Shown: positions 36,541 to 45,276, counted from the first letter of the stretch. The stretch: DNA of 49,037 bases from Candidatus Uhrbacteria bacterium (GCA_023246955.1 JAHFHK010000003.1:1-49037), one strand, 5' to 3'. The notes: generated from the letters alone by a model not told the origin. Numbers and translations: made by a program.

Positions 36541-38254
36541 TCGCGAGGTAATACTCGAACATAGAGGTGCGCTAACACTACGTACCAGTGACTATATCAC
36601 AACGGGAGGAGAGGGGAGCGTCTATAAAAAAGGCGATACCGTCATAAAGATATACACCGATCCCAAAAAAATGCAGAACGAGGGTATGCCGGAAAAGATA
36701 CGACTACTTTCACGGCTTGCGCACGAATATATTATAGAGCCCAAGGGGCTTGTGATGAACAAAGCAGGAAACCCGATAGGATTCTATATGGCCCATGCCG
36801 CAGGAGAACCACTATCGCGCGTATTTACGAATGATTTTCGTACTCGTGAGGCATTCGGTGATGATGACGTATTGGTGCTTGCGGATCGTATGCGTAATGT
36901 TTGTATCTTCGCACACGGCAAGAACGCCCTTTTGGTCGATCCCAACGAGCTTAATTGGCTTGTTGCATTGAGTAAGAAAGACGGCCCAGCACCAAGAGCA
37001 ATCGACGTAGACTCATGGGCTATCGGGAAATGGAAAGGGACAGTGATTATGCCATCAATTCGTGACTGGCATTCGCGGGTCTTTGATCAACGTACCGATT
37101 GGTATGCATGGGGAATAGTAACATTCCAGCTCTTCACGGGGATTCATCCCTATAAAGGTAAGTTAGATGGGTATAAGCCTGGTGAGATGGAACGACGCAT
37201 GAAAGAAAATGCTTCAGTATTTCGCCCGGATATCCGTCTCAATAGTGCAGTACGCGACTTTGCATGCATCCCGAATCGTCTCCTCAACTGGTACGTCGCT
37301 ACCTTCGAAAGGGGTGAACGAACGATACCGCCATCACCGTTTGACATCGCTCATATACCAACACCTGCAATACAGACGCTCCGTGCCGTGGTAACGGGTT
37401 CTGGGCTCCTGACGTATCAGAAGCTACTGAGTGGTGTTGGAGATCCTATTATAAGGATTTTCACGAACGGCATTGTGCTATCGAAATCAGGAAAACTATT
37501 GCATCTCGGTACAAAGCGAGAAATAGGGAGAACCACCTCACTAGATATTGAGGTGGTAGCGGTGCATGGAGGGTATGTGAAGGTAGAGAAAAATAACGGA
37601 CAATTTCTCTTCTCCTTCATGAACGGAGTGAGTCTTCAAGAACAGCCTCTCTCATGTCCGATCCAACCACATAGCATTGTATGGTATGAGGACCGCATGT
37701 TCGCCGTTACGGAGCAGGGACTCAGTGAGCTAGTGTTCAGGATACTGGGAAAGCCCATACTGTCTATGGGGCAGACATGGGGAGCGATGATGAATGCAAC
37801 CCGTTGGTATGACGGAGTAGGTATTCAGGATGCCATGGGGGCAACCTATGTGATCGCTCCGTTCGAGGCGGCATCATGTGCGCATATTCGTGTGCATGAG
37901 CTTGATGGCATGAAGCCCATTAACGCAAAGGCGGGTAATCGTTTCATAGTCATTATCGCCATCGATCGATCGGGAAGATATCACAAGATTGAACTCACGA
38001 TGGATCGAGTATACAAACAGTATGTATTCTGGAAGCGTGAGAAGGATAGCCCTGAGCTCAACACGGTTATTCTCCCAAAGGGGGTAGCCGCAGTCATAGA
38101 AGAGGACGGTGAACTTAATATCTACGTTCCCACGAATGGTGCTCTGAACAAAATAAAAGACAAGGGTATAAAAACCGACAGACCTTTATCACGCTGGGGG
38201 GACATAGTAACATATATCCACGACGGCGATATATGGAGTATACGAGTGAAATAA
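36533..38254 (+). CDS. Protein-kinase-like protein with a C-terminal domain of about 280 aa of unknown function
   Basis: G-loop/Lys TTGGEGSVYKKGDTVIKIY, catalytic-loop-like LLVDPNELNWL, DFG-equivalent IDVDSW, and TDWYAWGIVTFQLFTGIHPYKG. The ATG overlaps the PP2C stop (ATGGCTAA). Confidence 0.7.
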   Translation: MANREVILEHRGALTLRTSDYITTGGEGSVYKKGDTVIKIYTDPKKMQNEGMPEKIRLLSRLAHEYIIEPKGLVMNKAGNPIGFYMAHAAGEPLSRVFTNDFRTREAFGDDDVLVLADRMRNVCIFAHGKNALLVDPNELNWLVALSKKDGPAPRAIDVDSWAIGKWKGTVIMPSIRDWHSRVFDQRTDWYAWGIVTFQLFTGIHPYKGKLDGYKPGEMERRMKENASVFRPDIRLNSAVRDFACIPNRLLNWYVATFERGERTIPPSPFDIAHIPTPAIQTLRAVVTGSGLLTYQKLLSGVGDPIIRIFTNGIVLSKSGKLLHLGTKREIGRTTSLDIEVVAVHGGYVKVEKNNGQFLFSFMNGVSLQEQPLSCPIQPHSIVWYEDRMFAVTEQGLSELVFRILGKPILSMGQTWGAMMNATRWYDGVGIQDAMGATYVIAPFEAASCAHIRVHELDGMKPINAKAGNRFIVIIAIDRSGRYHKIELTMDRVYKQYVFWKREKDSPELNTVILPKGVAAVIEEDGELNIYVPTNGALNKIKDKGIKTDRPLSRWGDIVTYIHDGDIWSIRVK

Positions 38255-38280
38255 TTTCACTCCGCACGAATCAATGATAG

Positions 38281-38312
38281 GGATAGCTAATATATAGCTA
38301 TCCCTCTTTTTA
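38281..38312 (+). terminator. Rho-independent terminator
   Basis: Stem GGATAGCTA/TAGCTATCC followed by a T-rich tail. Confidence 0.65.
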
Positions 38313-38321
38313 TAAAAACCC

Positions 38322-38350
38322 TTGACAAAATAAGCGATTCGTGGTATATA
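38322..38350 (+). promoter_or_regulatory. Sigma-70-type promoter (TTGACA-N17-TATATA, with TGG upstream); paralogous to 39543-39571
   Basis: ACCCTTGACAAAATAAGCGATTCGTGGTATATATAC closely matches the region upstream of 39621. Confidence 0.6.
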
Positions 38351-38400
38351 TACACCCAGATTCATTGAAAATAAAAAAGAAAAGGGAGACATAAGACACC

Positions 38401-39477
38401 ATGAAAAGAACAGTAATACTAGGAATAATGGCGATACTGACGGCATGTGGGGAGGGAACGAATCTTTCGACCCCGCCAACACCACTCACGGCAAGCATGA
38501 CAAAGACGCTTGCACAGCAAACCCAGGATGACGTGGTAACGCAAGGCTTCAATGCAACTATAACGGGTCTGCAAAAGATGGTAGAAACATTAACCGATGC
38601 CAATACCAAAAATCTCGGCGAGATTGCTCGACTCCAGGATGAAGTGAAAGCATGGAAAAAAATCGCAGAGGCAACACAACCCGGCACCACGGCAATACCT
38701 GCTGATGTCCAAAAACAAATCGCAGTGCTGGAGACCAGGATTGCAGTATTGCAAAAAAATGGAGACTCGGTACCCATCGATCTTTTTCGAGAGGTGCTCG
38801 ACAAACTCCCTATTGCATCAGCGGTGCCAACAAGTACCTCTCCATTCGGTGATGACGATTTCTTCCATCCAACACTGCCGATACCAACGCCCTCGCCTAC
38901 ACCTTCTCAATCTCCGACCGAAGCGTCCCCGCCGACGGTTGTCTCCTCTACGTCCCCGGTAACAGAAGGGGCGAGTCAGCTCTCATGGAGTAAGGGATAC
39001 AAGTACGTCAGGATAACGACGAATACCCTAACGCAGACCTTTGATCTGAATTGGAAATATCCGGAATCGGTAGCGGAAATAACGCTGAGAGGGGTCAGTG
39101 ATATATACACTGGAGTAAACATACGAGACATGATGATGGTCGTCGAAGAAGGATATTCTTCAGCAACGCCCAAACTAACCCTCTTGAATGGATCGCATCC
39201 AGTAACGCTAGCAGAAGACGCGGAAAGCCGAGGGGTATACCGCATCGCACAGGACCTCATCATACCGACAGATACTCCCGTGGTACTACGAGCGTATTTC
39301 TCTCCGAATCCAGAGTTGAAGGAAGACTCATGGATGCCCTCATCCTTTAAACTTTCCGTTTACATGACCCCGGTCGAACGATATCAAGACTCGACCTACC
39401 AGCACGGAGAGAAGAATGTGTCCTCCTTCACGGTGATACCGCTCACTCCATCGCCCAGCCCATCGCCCAGTGCCTAA
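38401..39477 (+). CDS. Lipoprotein with a coiled-coil segment, PT/S linker and beta-rich C-terminal domain
   Basis: Lipobox GIMAILTAC, a heptad-like region, TPSPTPSQSPTEASPP, and a PSPSPSPSA tail. Confidence 0.7.
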   Translation: MKRTVILGIMAILTACGEGTNLSTPPTPLTASMTKTLAQQTQDDVVTQGFNATITGLQKMVETLTDANTKNLGEIARLQDEVKAWKKIAEATQPGTTAIPADVQKQIAVLETRIAVLQKNGDSVPIDLFREVLDKLPIASAVPTSTSPFGDDDFFHPTLPIPTPSPTPSQSPTEASPPTVVSSTSPVTEGASQLSWSKGYKYVRITTNTLTQTFDLNWKYPESVAEITLRGVSDIYTGVNIRDMMMVVEEGYSSATPKLTLLNGSHPVTLAEDAESRGVYRIAQDLIIPTDTPVVLRAYFSPNPELKEDSWMPSSFKLSVYMTPVERYQDSTYQHGEKNVSSFTVIPLTPSPSPSPSA

Positions 39478-39490
39478 ATAAGCCATACAT

Positions 39491-39531
39491 GCCGCTATAT
39501 TTTTCATAATGAGAAATATGGCGGCTTTTTT
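39491..39531 (+). terminator. Rho-independent terminator
   Basis: Stem GCCGCTATATTT/AAATATGGCGGC followed by TTTTTT. Confidence 0.75.
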
Positions 39532-39542
39532 ATGCAAAACCC

Positions 39543-39571
39543 TTGACAAAATAAGCTATTCATGGTATACA
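39543..39571 (+). promoter_or_regulatory. Sigma-70-type promoter (TTGACA-N17-TATACA, with TGG upstream)
   Basis: ACCCTTGACAAAATAAGCTATTCATGGTATACATAC. Confidence 0.6.
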
Positions 39572-39620
39572 TACGAGCGAATTCATTGCCAAATACAAAC
39601 AAAAAAAGGGAGAGAAAACA

Positions 39621-40283
39621 ATGAATAAAGTAGCAATAACGATAGCGATAGTGATAGTGAGTGTTCTGACGGGTTGCGGAGGAAATTCGCAATTCTATGA
39701 AATGGAAGCGATGAAGGCAAAGATAAAAAGCCTGGAAGAAAGAGTACCGGTAGCTTTGCAAAAAGCACCCGCACCACCCCCGCCACTGATCACTAACGCC
39801 ATTGCGCCAATCCCGCTACAAAGCTGGAGCGTCGTAAGCGATAAAGTACGCGTAGAAGGAATACCATCCCAAAATCCTCTGGATCAAGGAATGCTCCAGG
39901 TACGCATTGCAGAAATGAAAGTGACAAACAGTGCACCAGGGCCAGTCAACCTTCAGGGCATGTATATGCTCGTGAAGCCAGTGAATATGGACCTCTCCGA
40001 CGTGAAAGCATTCAGTGAACACGTTACAACCATGCAGCATATCGGTGACCTATCTGAGGGAACGCGAGTGTATAAGATCAATGATCCATTCATTGTTCAG
40101 ACCAGTGCTCCCCTCGGTGGATTCGTCCTCGCGGATGCATTCAAGCAAGACCGCAACCGCATTGGCGTTGTAGAAACGACCTTCGTAGGACGACCTCTGG
40201 GCGATATGAGCGCCGGCGATGTATACACTCAGGTAGCGGCAAATCCTTCGATCGCCGCGAAAGTAGTAAATACTTTCAAATAA
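39621..40283 (+). CDS. Lipoprotein, hypothetical
   Basis: Lipobox VSVLTGC, a short coiled coil, APAPPPP linker, and a beta-rich domain. Confidence 0.7.
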   Translation: MNKVAITIAIVIVSVLTGCGGNSQFYEMEAMKAKIKSLEERVPVALQKAPAPPPPLITNAIAPIPLQSWSVVSDKVRVEGIPSQNPLDQGMLQVRIAEMKVTNSAPGPVNLQGMYMLVKPVNMDLSDVKAFSEHVTTMQHIGDLSEGTRVYKINDPFIVQTSAPLGGFVLADAFKQDRNRIGVVETTFVGRPLGDMSAGDVYTQVAANPSIAAKVVNTFK

Positions 40284-40297
40284 ATTCAAATAAAAAA

Positions 40298-40338
40298 CGG
40301 ACAGACGGGAAATATCAATCTCGTCTGTCTTTATTTTG
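40298..40338 (+). terminator. Rho-independent terminator
   Basis: Stem GACAGACG/CGTCTGTC followed by TTTATTTT. Confidence 0.65.
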
Positions 40339-40388
40339 CGCAAGATACGCCCCCGACACACCCCACTCTTCCAAAATCAAACCGAATA

Positions 40389-41531
40389 ATGTACACTGCC
40401 CCCATGAATCAGCCCATCCCTCATAACAATCAGGAAAACCCCAAACAGCGCATTTTCGTCGCCATGTCCGGTGGTGTCGACTCCTCGACAGTGGCCGCCA
40501 TCCTCAAAGAACAAGGCCATGACATCATAGGCGTCTTTATGCGCCAATACGACGCAGACTACGGACCTGCAGCGCTCTCCGATGATCTCGACGCCGTACG
40601 GTGTTCCTGGCGCGAAGACAAGCGCGATGCCCTCGCCGCATGCGCAACACTCGGTATCCCCTTTGAAGAATGGGATTTTCGTGATGTGTACCAAAGAGAA
40701 GTCGTCGACTACATGACCCGCGAATACGCAGCCGGAAGAACACCGAATCCCGACGTGATGTGTAATCGCTTCGTGAAGTTCGATGCATTTTTCAAAAAAG
40801 CCCGCGAACACGGTGCCGACATGATTGCCACAGGGCACTACGTCCGCATTCAGCACACCGAAGACGGCCACGGCCTCTACGAAGCACACGACACGAACAA
40901 GGATCAATCCTACTTCCTCTGGGCGCTCTCTCCCGAAGTACTCCCATATTGTCTCTTTCCCTTAGGCGATCTCGAGAAGCCCACAGTCCGCACCCTCGCA
41001 AAGAAACACGCCCTCGCGAACTGGGACAAGAAAGATAGCCAAGGCGTATGCTTCATCGGCAAGATCAGCATGCGGGACTTCCTCAAAGGAAAAATCGCAA
41101 CAACACCAGGACCCCTCTGTACCCTCGACGGCAAGCAGGTCGGTACCCATGACGGCGCGGCACTGTATACCATCGGCCAGCGTCATGGCCTAGGTTTTGG
41201 CGGTGGGGAACATACCTACTACGTCGCAAAGAAAGACATGAAGGCAAATATCGTCTATGTCGCCCCCGAAACCGAGCCGGAACATCTCTTGGCCAAAACC
41301 TTGCAGTTTGATACAGTGAACTGGCTTGCTCCACTCCCTGTGTTTCCGTTACAGTGCAAAGCGCGTACACGCTACCGAGAGCCCCTCCATGATGTGACGA
41401 TCCGCGAAGTTGCTCCCGGAACCTTCATGGCTGAATTCGAGGAGTCCATCCGCGCCATCACCGAAGGACAGGCGATCGTGCTGTACGACAAAGGAAAGAT
41501 GCTCGGCGGCGGAGTTATAACCAGTAAATAA
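40389..41531 (+). CDS. mnmA: tRNA-specific 2-thiouridylase MnmA
   Basis: PP-loop VAMSGGVDSS, NPDVMCN, KDQSYFL and QGVCFIG. Confidence 0.93.
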   Translation: MYTAPMNQPIPHNNQENPKQRIFVAMSGGVDSSTVAAILKEQGHDIIGVFMRQYDADYGPAALSDDLDAVRCSWREDKRDALAACATLGIPFEEWDFRDVYQREVVDYMTREYAAGRTPNPDVMCNRFVKFDAFFKKAREHGADMIATGHYVRIQHTEDGHGLYEAHDTNKDQSYFLWALSPEVLPYCLFPLGDLEKPTVRTLAKKHALANWDKKDSQGVCFIGKISMRDFLKGKIATTPGPLCTLDGKQVGTHDGAALYTIGQRHGLGFGGGEHTYYVAKKDMKANIVYVAPETEPEHLLAKTLQFDTVNWLAPLPVFPLQCKARTRYREPLHDVTIREVAPGTFMAEFEESIRAITEGQAIVLYDKGKMLGGGVITSK

Positions 41532-41534
41532 TAT

Positions 41535-43298
41535 ATGATGACATCAGGTGATATCCGACAAAAATTCGTAGCATATTTTCAAAAACAAGGACACGCAGTA
41601 GTCCCATCTTCGTCACTCCTTCCTGACGACCCATCGGTGCTACTCACCACCGCAGGAATGCAGCAATTCAAAAAATACTACACCGGCGAAGCAGACGCCA
41701 TGAAAGATTTTTCGTCAAAGAGTACGGCGTCCATCCAAAAATGCTTCCGTACTTCCGACATCGACGAGGTAGGGGACGAGACGCATCTCACATTTTTTGA
41801 AATGGTAGGAAACTTTTCTTTTGGAGGATATTTCAAAGAACCCGCAATCCGGTACGCATTCGAATTCATCACCCAAGAAATCGGACTCACGATTAAGTAT
41901 GTGACAATCTTCGAAGGATCGCACGGTGTGCCAAAGGATGAGGCATCAGCGACAGTATGGAAACAGCTGGGCGTTTCCGATATCCGCGAAGAGGGGATAG
42001 GGGACGTATTCTGGGGACCTACGGGCACCGAAGGACCTTGCGGACCATCGACCGAAATATATTGCACGAACACCAACGGACAGGACGTAGAAATTTGGAA
42101 CATTGTATTCAATGAATACTATTGCAGTGGATCACGCGAAGAGCTCATCGAGCAGAAAGAGGGCGTGACGCTCAAACCTCTCGAAACTCCTGGCATCGAC
42201 ACGGGGATGGGACTCGAGCGCCTCTGTATGATCGCGCAAGATGCAAAGAATCTTTTTGAAACCGATCTATTCACCCCGCTCATCGCACTACTTCCAGAGT
42301 CGCTCGACGTACGTATCAAGCGCATCATCGCCGATCATGGACGTGCGACAGCCATGCTCATCGCCGACGGAGTACGCCCTAGTAACAAGGGGGCAGGATA
42401 TATCCTTCGCCGCCTCATGCGCCGCGCCATGGTATACGAACATCAGCACGCCCTCTCTCCCGAGATCATGAAGCAAGTCCTCGCCACCGTCATCGCGAAC
42501 TACAGCGCCCACTATCCCGAACTTACGAGCGAAGAGTCAGTAATCATGCAGGTATTCCAGGCAGAATACGACAAGTTCACAAAAACGTTGCAGCGCGGTG
42601 TTCGAGAACTCGAAAAAGTCGCATTCCTCGATGCAGCCTCCTCGTTCAAACTGTACGAGAGTTTTGGGCTGCCCTACGAAATCATCAAAGAAATGGGAGG
42701 AACACGTGCGGACGATCTGACGCGCGAAGATTTTGAAGAAGAATTCCGCAAGCATCAGGAAATCTCTCGCCAAGGACAAGAAAAGAAATTCGGTGGCCAC
42801 GGACTCATCCTCGACACAGGAGAGCTGAAGGCGGGCACCGAAGAAGAGCTCGCCATCGTCACACGCCTTCACACCGCCACCCATCTTCTCCAGCAGGCAC
42901 TGCGCGAAACACTCGGCAACGAAATACACCAGATGGGATCAGACATCACCGCCGAGCGACTACGTTTTGACTTTAACTTTGACCGCAAGATGACCGATGA
43001 GGAAATCACCAAAGTCGAAAAGCGCGTCAACGAATGGAGTATGATGCACCTCCCCATGCAATATCAGGAGATGCCCCTCGAAGAAGCCAAGACAACCGGC
43101 GCCCTCTACTTTTTCAAAGAAAAGTACCCCGAAACCGTAAAAGTATACTTCGCCGGCCAGAGCCTCGAATCAGCCGTCAGCAAAGAGTTCTGCGGAGGCC
43201 CCCACGTCGACAACACCGCAAGAGTCGGCATCTTCCACATCGTCAAAGAAGAATCCTGTGGTGCAGGAGTGAGACGTATCAGGGCTACAGTGGAATAG
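41535..43298 (+). CDS. alaS: Alanine--tRNA ligase, short form (catalytic, tRNA-recognition and editing regions; no C-Ala domain)
   Basis: IRQKFVAYFQKQGH, TTAGMQQFK, FEMVGNFSFGGYFK, and editing motifs HTATHLL / CGGPHV. Only 587 aa. Confidence 0.9.
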   Translation: MMTSGDIRQKFVAYFQKQGHAVVPSSSLLPDDPSVLLTTAGMQQFKKYYTGEADAMKDFSSKSTASIQKCFRTSDIDEVGDETHLTFFEMVGNFSFGGYFKEPAIRYAFEFITQEIGLTIKYVTIFEGSHGVPKDEASATVWKQLGVSDIREEGIGDVFWGPTGTEGPCGPSTEIYCTNTNGQDVEIWNIVFNEYYCSGSREELIEQKEGVTLKPLETPGIDTGMGLERLCMIAQDAKNLFETDLFTPLIALLPESLDVRIKRIIADHGRATAMLIADGVRPSNKGAGYILRRLMRRAMVYEHQHALSPEIMKQVLATVIANYSAHYPELTSEESVIMQVFQAEYDKFTKTLQRGVRELEKVAFLDAASSFKLYESFGLPYEIIKEMGGTRADDLTREDFEEEFRKHQEISRQGQEKKFGGHGLILDTGELKAGTEEELAIVTRLHTATHLLQQALRETLGNEIHQMGSDITAERLRFDFNFDRKMTDEEITKVEKRVNEWSMMHLPMQYQEMPLEEAKTTGALYFFKEKYPETVKVYFAGQSLESAVSKEFCGGPHVDNTARVGIFHIVKEESCGAGVRRIRATVE

Positions 43299-43302
43299 AC
43301 CC

Positions 43303-43331
43303 TTGACGCCCCATCCCATCCATGCTAGTAT
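43303..43331 (+). promoter_or_regulatory. Sigma-70-type promoter (TTGACG-N17-TAGTAT, with TGC extended -10) for DGR target 1
   Basis: Same TGCTAGTAT -10 block as the promoter of target 2 at 47169-47197. Confidence 0.6.
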
Positions 43332-43381
43332 CTGCGCAAAGATAGTTCCTTCAAAAATCAAAAGAAAGCGAGAGAATAATC

Positions 43382-44449
43382 ATGAATATTCAAGGAAGGC
43401 ACCCCTCAGGACCTCCATTCAAAATGGAGCCAAAGGTAGAAGAGCTCATTAACGCCATGATAGCATTCTGCGAGCAACCACTGCCGGAAGAAGATCCCGC
43501 TACCACAAGTCCAGTGGAGACCATGGTACCTACTGGCACAGCACTGGATCTTCCGGAACCTCCAAAAGGCGCGATGCCCCTCCCCGCAACAACTCCAGTA
43601 ACGACGGTACTATTTCCCGCCCCCGCTATATATTTCCCCCCGGCGCCAAAACCAGGAAATATATCATTAGACGAGGCTGCCGATCATACTCAGTACCAGC
43701 AGTTCTATACAGAACTCAAGACGCTTTTTGGCACAGGCTTCTGTGGTATCGACGAGGTAACCCGTGCGTTCACTACTCAAAATGGGGTTCTGCCAGGGAA
43801 CACCATGGCATCCTTCCACGAACGACTCCATGGAGCCACTCTCAAGGCCCTCTGGGATAACTGCCAAAAACCAGACATCGCCGCATTCCTTTCCAAGATA
43901 AAAGCTGGAGAAGTAAACGCAAGCGACTGGCTCCTCATCCTCAGGATACCATTCCTAAAGAAGCCAAATGAGGAGAAAGAAATCCCGCTCACCATGAAAG
44001 CCCTCCAGGAGCACATCGCTCCCGATATGCTCAAGTGTGAGCAAGGGAAGCTTCTTTATGAGGTAAGCTGGTATCCACAGGAAGTTTTCTATGCCACTCA
44101 GGCGATATCTAGCTTCCATTGGCAATTTGTCACCAAGGCATGTACTCCAGGAACCAAAGGCGTGAATCACGATGCGCAAGCTACCGCACTGAACGCCTAT
44201 GCTCAAAAAGTAGGTCTCGACCCTGCGCTAACCCGCAGACGCATCCCTGTCGAAGTACCCTACGATCATCTCGTGACACTCCGTGCACACAACATGCGCC
44301 TCCTCGTCAATGAGTACGATTGGACGGATACGCGTGCGTCTGATGGCGGCTGCGTGTTCGTCGGTGATGGTGATGCGTACGGGCTCGGCGTGTTCAGGCG
44401 CTCCGCCGACGTCTCGGACGGTGATCGGGGTGCGTGCCTCTCCCGCTGA
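43382..44449 (+). CDS. DGR variable (target) protein 1, with a C-terminal VR-bearing domain
   Basis: The C-terminal 38 codons are VR1. The last roughly 230 aa are paralogous to target 2 (LFG..FCGID.VTRAFT, WLLILRIPFLK, LTMKALQEH.APDM, HWQFVTKAC). Confidence 0.85.
   Translation: MNIQGRHPSGPPFKMEPKVEELINAMIAFCEQPLPEEDPATTSPVETMVPTGTALDLPEPPKGAMPLPATTPVTTVLFPAPAIYFPPAPKPGNISLDEAADHTQYQQFYTELKTLFGTGFCGIDEVTRAFTTQNGVLPGNTMASFHERLHGATLKALWDNCQKPDIAAFLSKIKAGEVNASDWLLILRIPFLKKPNEEKEIPLTMKALQEHIAPDMLKCEQGKLLYEVSWYPQEVFYATQAISSFHWQFVTKACTPGTKGVNHDAQATALNAYAQKVGLDPALTRRRIPVEVPYDHLVTLRAHNMRLLVNEYDWTDTRASDGGCVFVGDGDAYGLGVFRRSADVSDGDRGACLSR
44332..44445 (+). repeat. DGR variable repeat VR1
   Basis: 114-nt alignment to the TR (45389-45502). 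There are 20 mismatches, 19 of them at TR adenines. The 3' 18 nt are identical. Confidence 0.85.
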
Positions 44450-44578
44450 TGTTGACACTGTCCTGCTGGACCCTTGACCGCCCCTGGCGGCCTGACCACC
44501 AGCGAGCCAGCTGGTGGATTGGACTCCTGACTGTCCCCTGAATTCCTTCAGTGTACCGACCCCGTCGGTGCACCTCCC

Positions 44579-44610
44579 GAGCCCTTTCGAATGAAAGGGC
44601 TCTTTTTTAT
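44579..44610 (+). terminator. Rho-independent terminator (repeated module GAGCCCTTTCGAATGAAAGGGCTC + T6)
   Basis: Perfect 10-bp stem followed by a T-run. An identical copy is at 48609-48640 and a variant at 47084-47110. Confidence 0.8.
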
Positions 44611-44689
44611 ACCACGCGTCGAATTGGTGAATGTTTTCTTGAAAACAATCTGTCATCGTGGTAGTATCAATAATAATAATGGTTGCAAT

Positions 44690-44935
44690 ATGAAAAAATC
44701 ATCAAAAATTTACCACTTTTCCGTTGTCATAGAGCGTGATGAAGATGGCATGTACGTCGGCACTGTGCCTGCTCTACGCTCATGCTACACGCAGGCAAAA
44801 ACTATACCAGTATTGTACGAGCGTCTTGAAGAAGTTGTGGCTCTGTGTCTAGAAGTTGAGAAGGACATTTTCAAAGATCACATTACGCAAAACCAGTTGG
44901 TAGGAGTGCAGCAATTAGATTTTAAAATGGCATAG
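44690..44935 (+). CDS. hicB: HicB-family antitoxin (UPF0150-type)
   Basis: YHFSVVIERDEDGMYVGTVPALRSCYTQAKTIPVLYERLEEVVALCLE matches the HicB N-terminal fold pattern. A promoter-like TTGAAA-N17-TAGTAT lies upstream. Confidence 0.75.
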   Translation: MKKSSKIYHFSVVIERDEDGMYVGTVPALRSCYTQAKTIPVLYERLEEVVALCLEVEKDIFKDHITQNQLVGVQQLDFKMA

Positions 44936-44939
44936 CAGT

Positions 44940-45173
44940 ATGCCACCGCTACACCTCGTATCAGGAAAGAGGCTACTAAAGATGATGAAGGAGCTTGATT
45001 TTGAAGTTATCCGCGTTCGTGGGAGCCATCATTTTCTTAGTCGAATGTCTGACGGAAAAACAACGGTGGTATCTATTCATGGTAATGACGAGATAAGCAG
45101 AGGTCTTCTTCGCACTATCCTGAGAGACATAGAAATTTCTGTAGAGGAATATGAAAAACTGCGTGTGATGTAA
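44940..45173 (+). CDS. hicA: HicA-family mRNA interferase toxin
   Basis: SGKRLLKMMKELDFEVIRVRGSHHFL...VVSIHGNDEISRGLLRTILRD (YcfA/HicA pattern). Confidence 0.8.
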   Translation: MPPLHLVSGKRLLKMMKELDFEVIRVRGSHHFLSRMSDGKTTVVSIHGNDEISRGLLRTILRDIEISVEEYEKLRVM

Positions 45174-45276
45174 GTCGCATAAGCACCATAAACTATCCCT
45201 TGAACCTCCTCGGCGCTATACTAAATGAATGATGGTTTATAGAATCACCACATCCTGTGGACTGGTTTACCGTCAT

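Noticed and set aside
44228-44656. Minus-strand ORFs overlapping the VR regions (44228..44656, 44266..44499, 48102..48452, 48468..48806)
   Set aside because: These are antisense shadows of GC-rich VR and post-VR sequence. They cross terminators and conserved hairpins and have no RBS or recognisable motifs.
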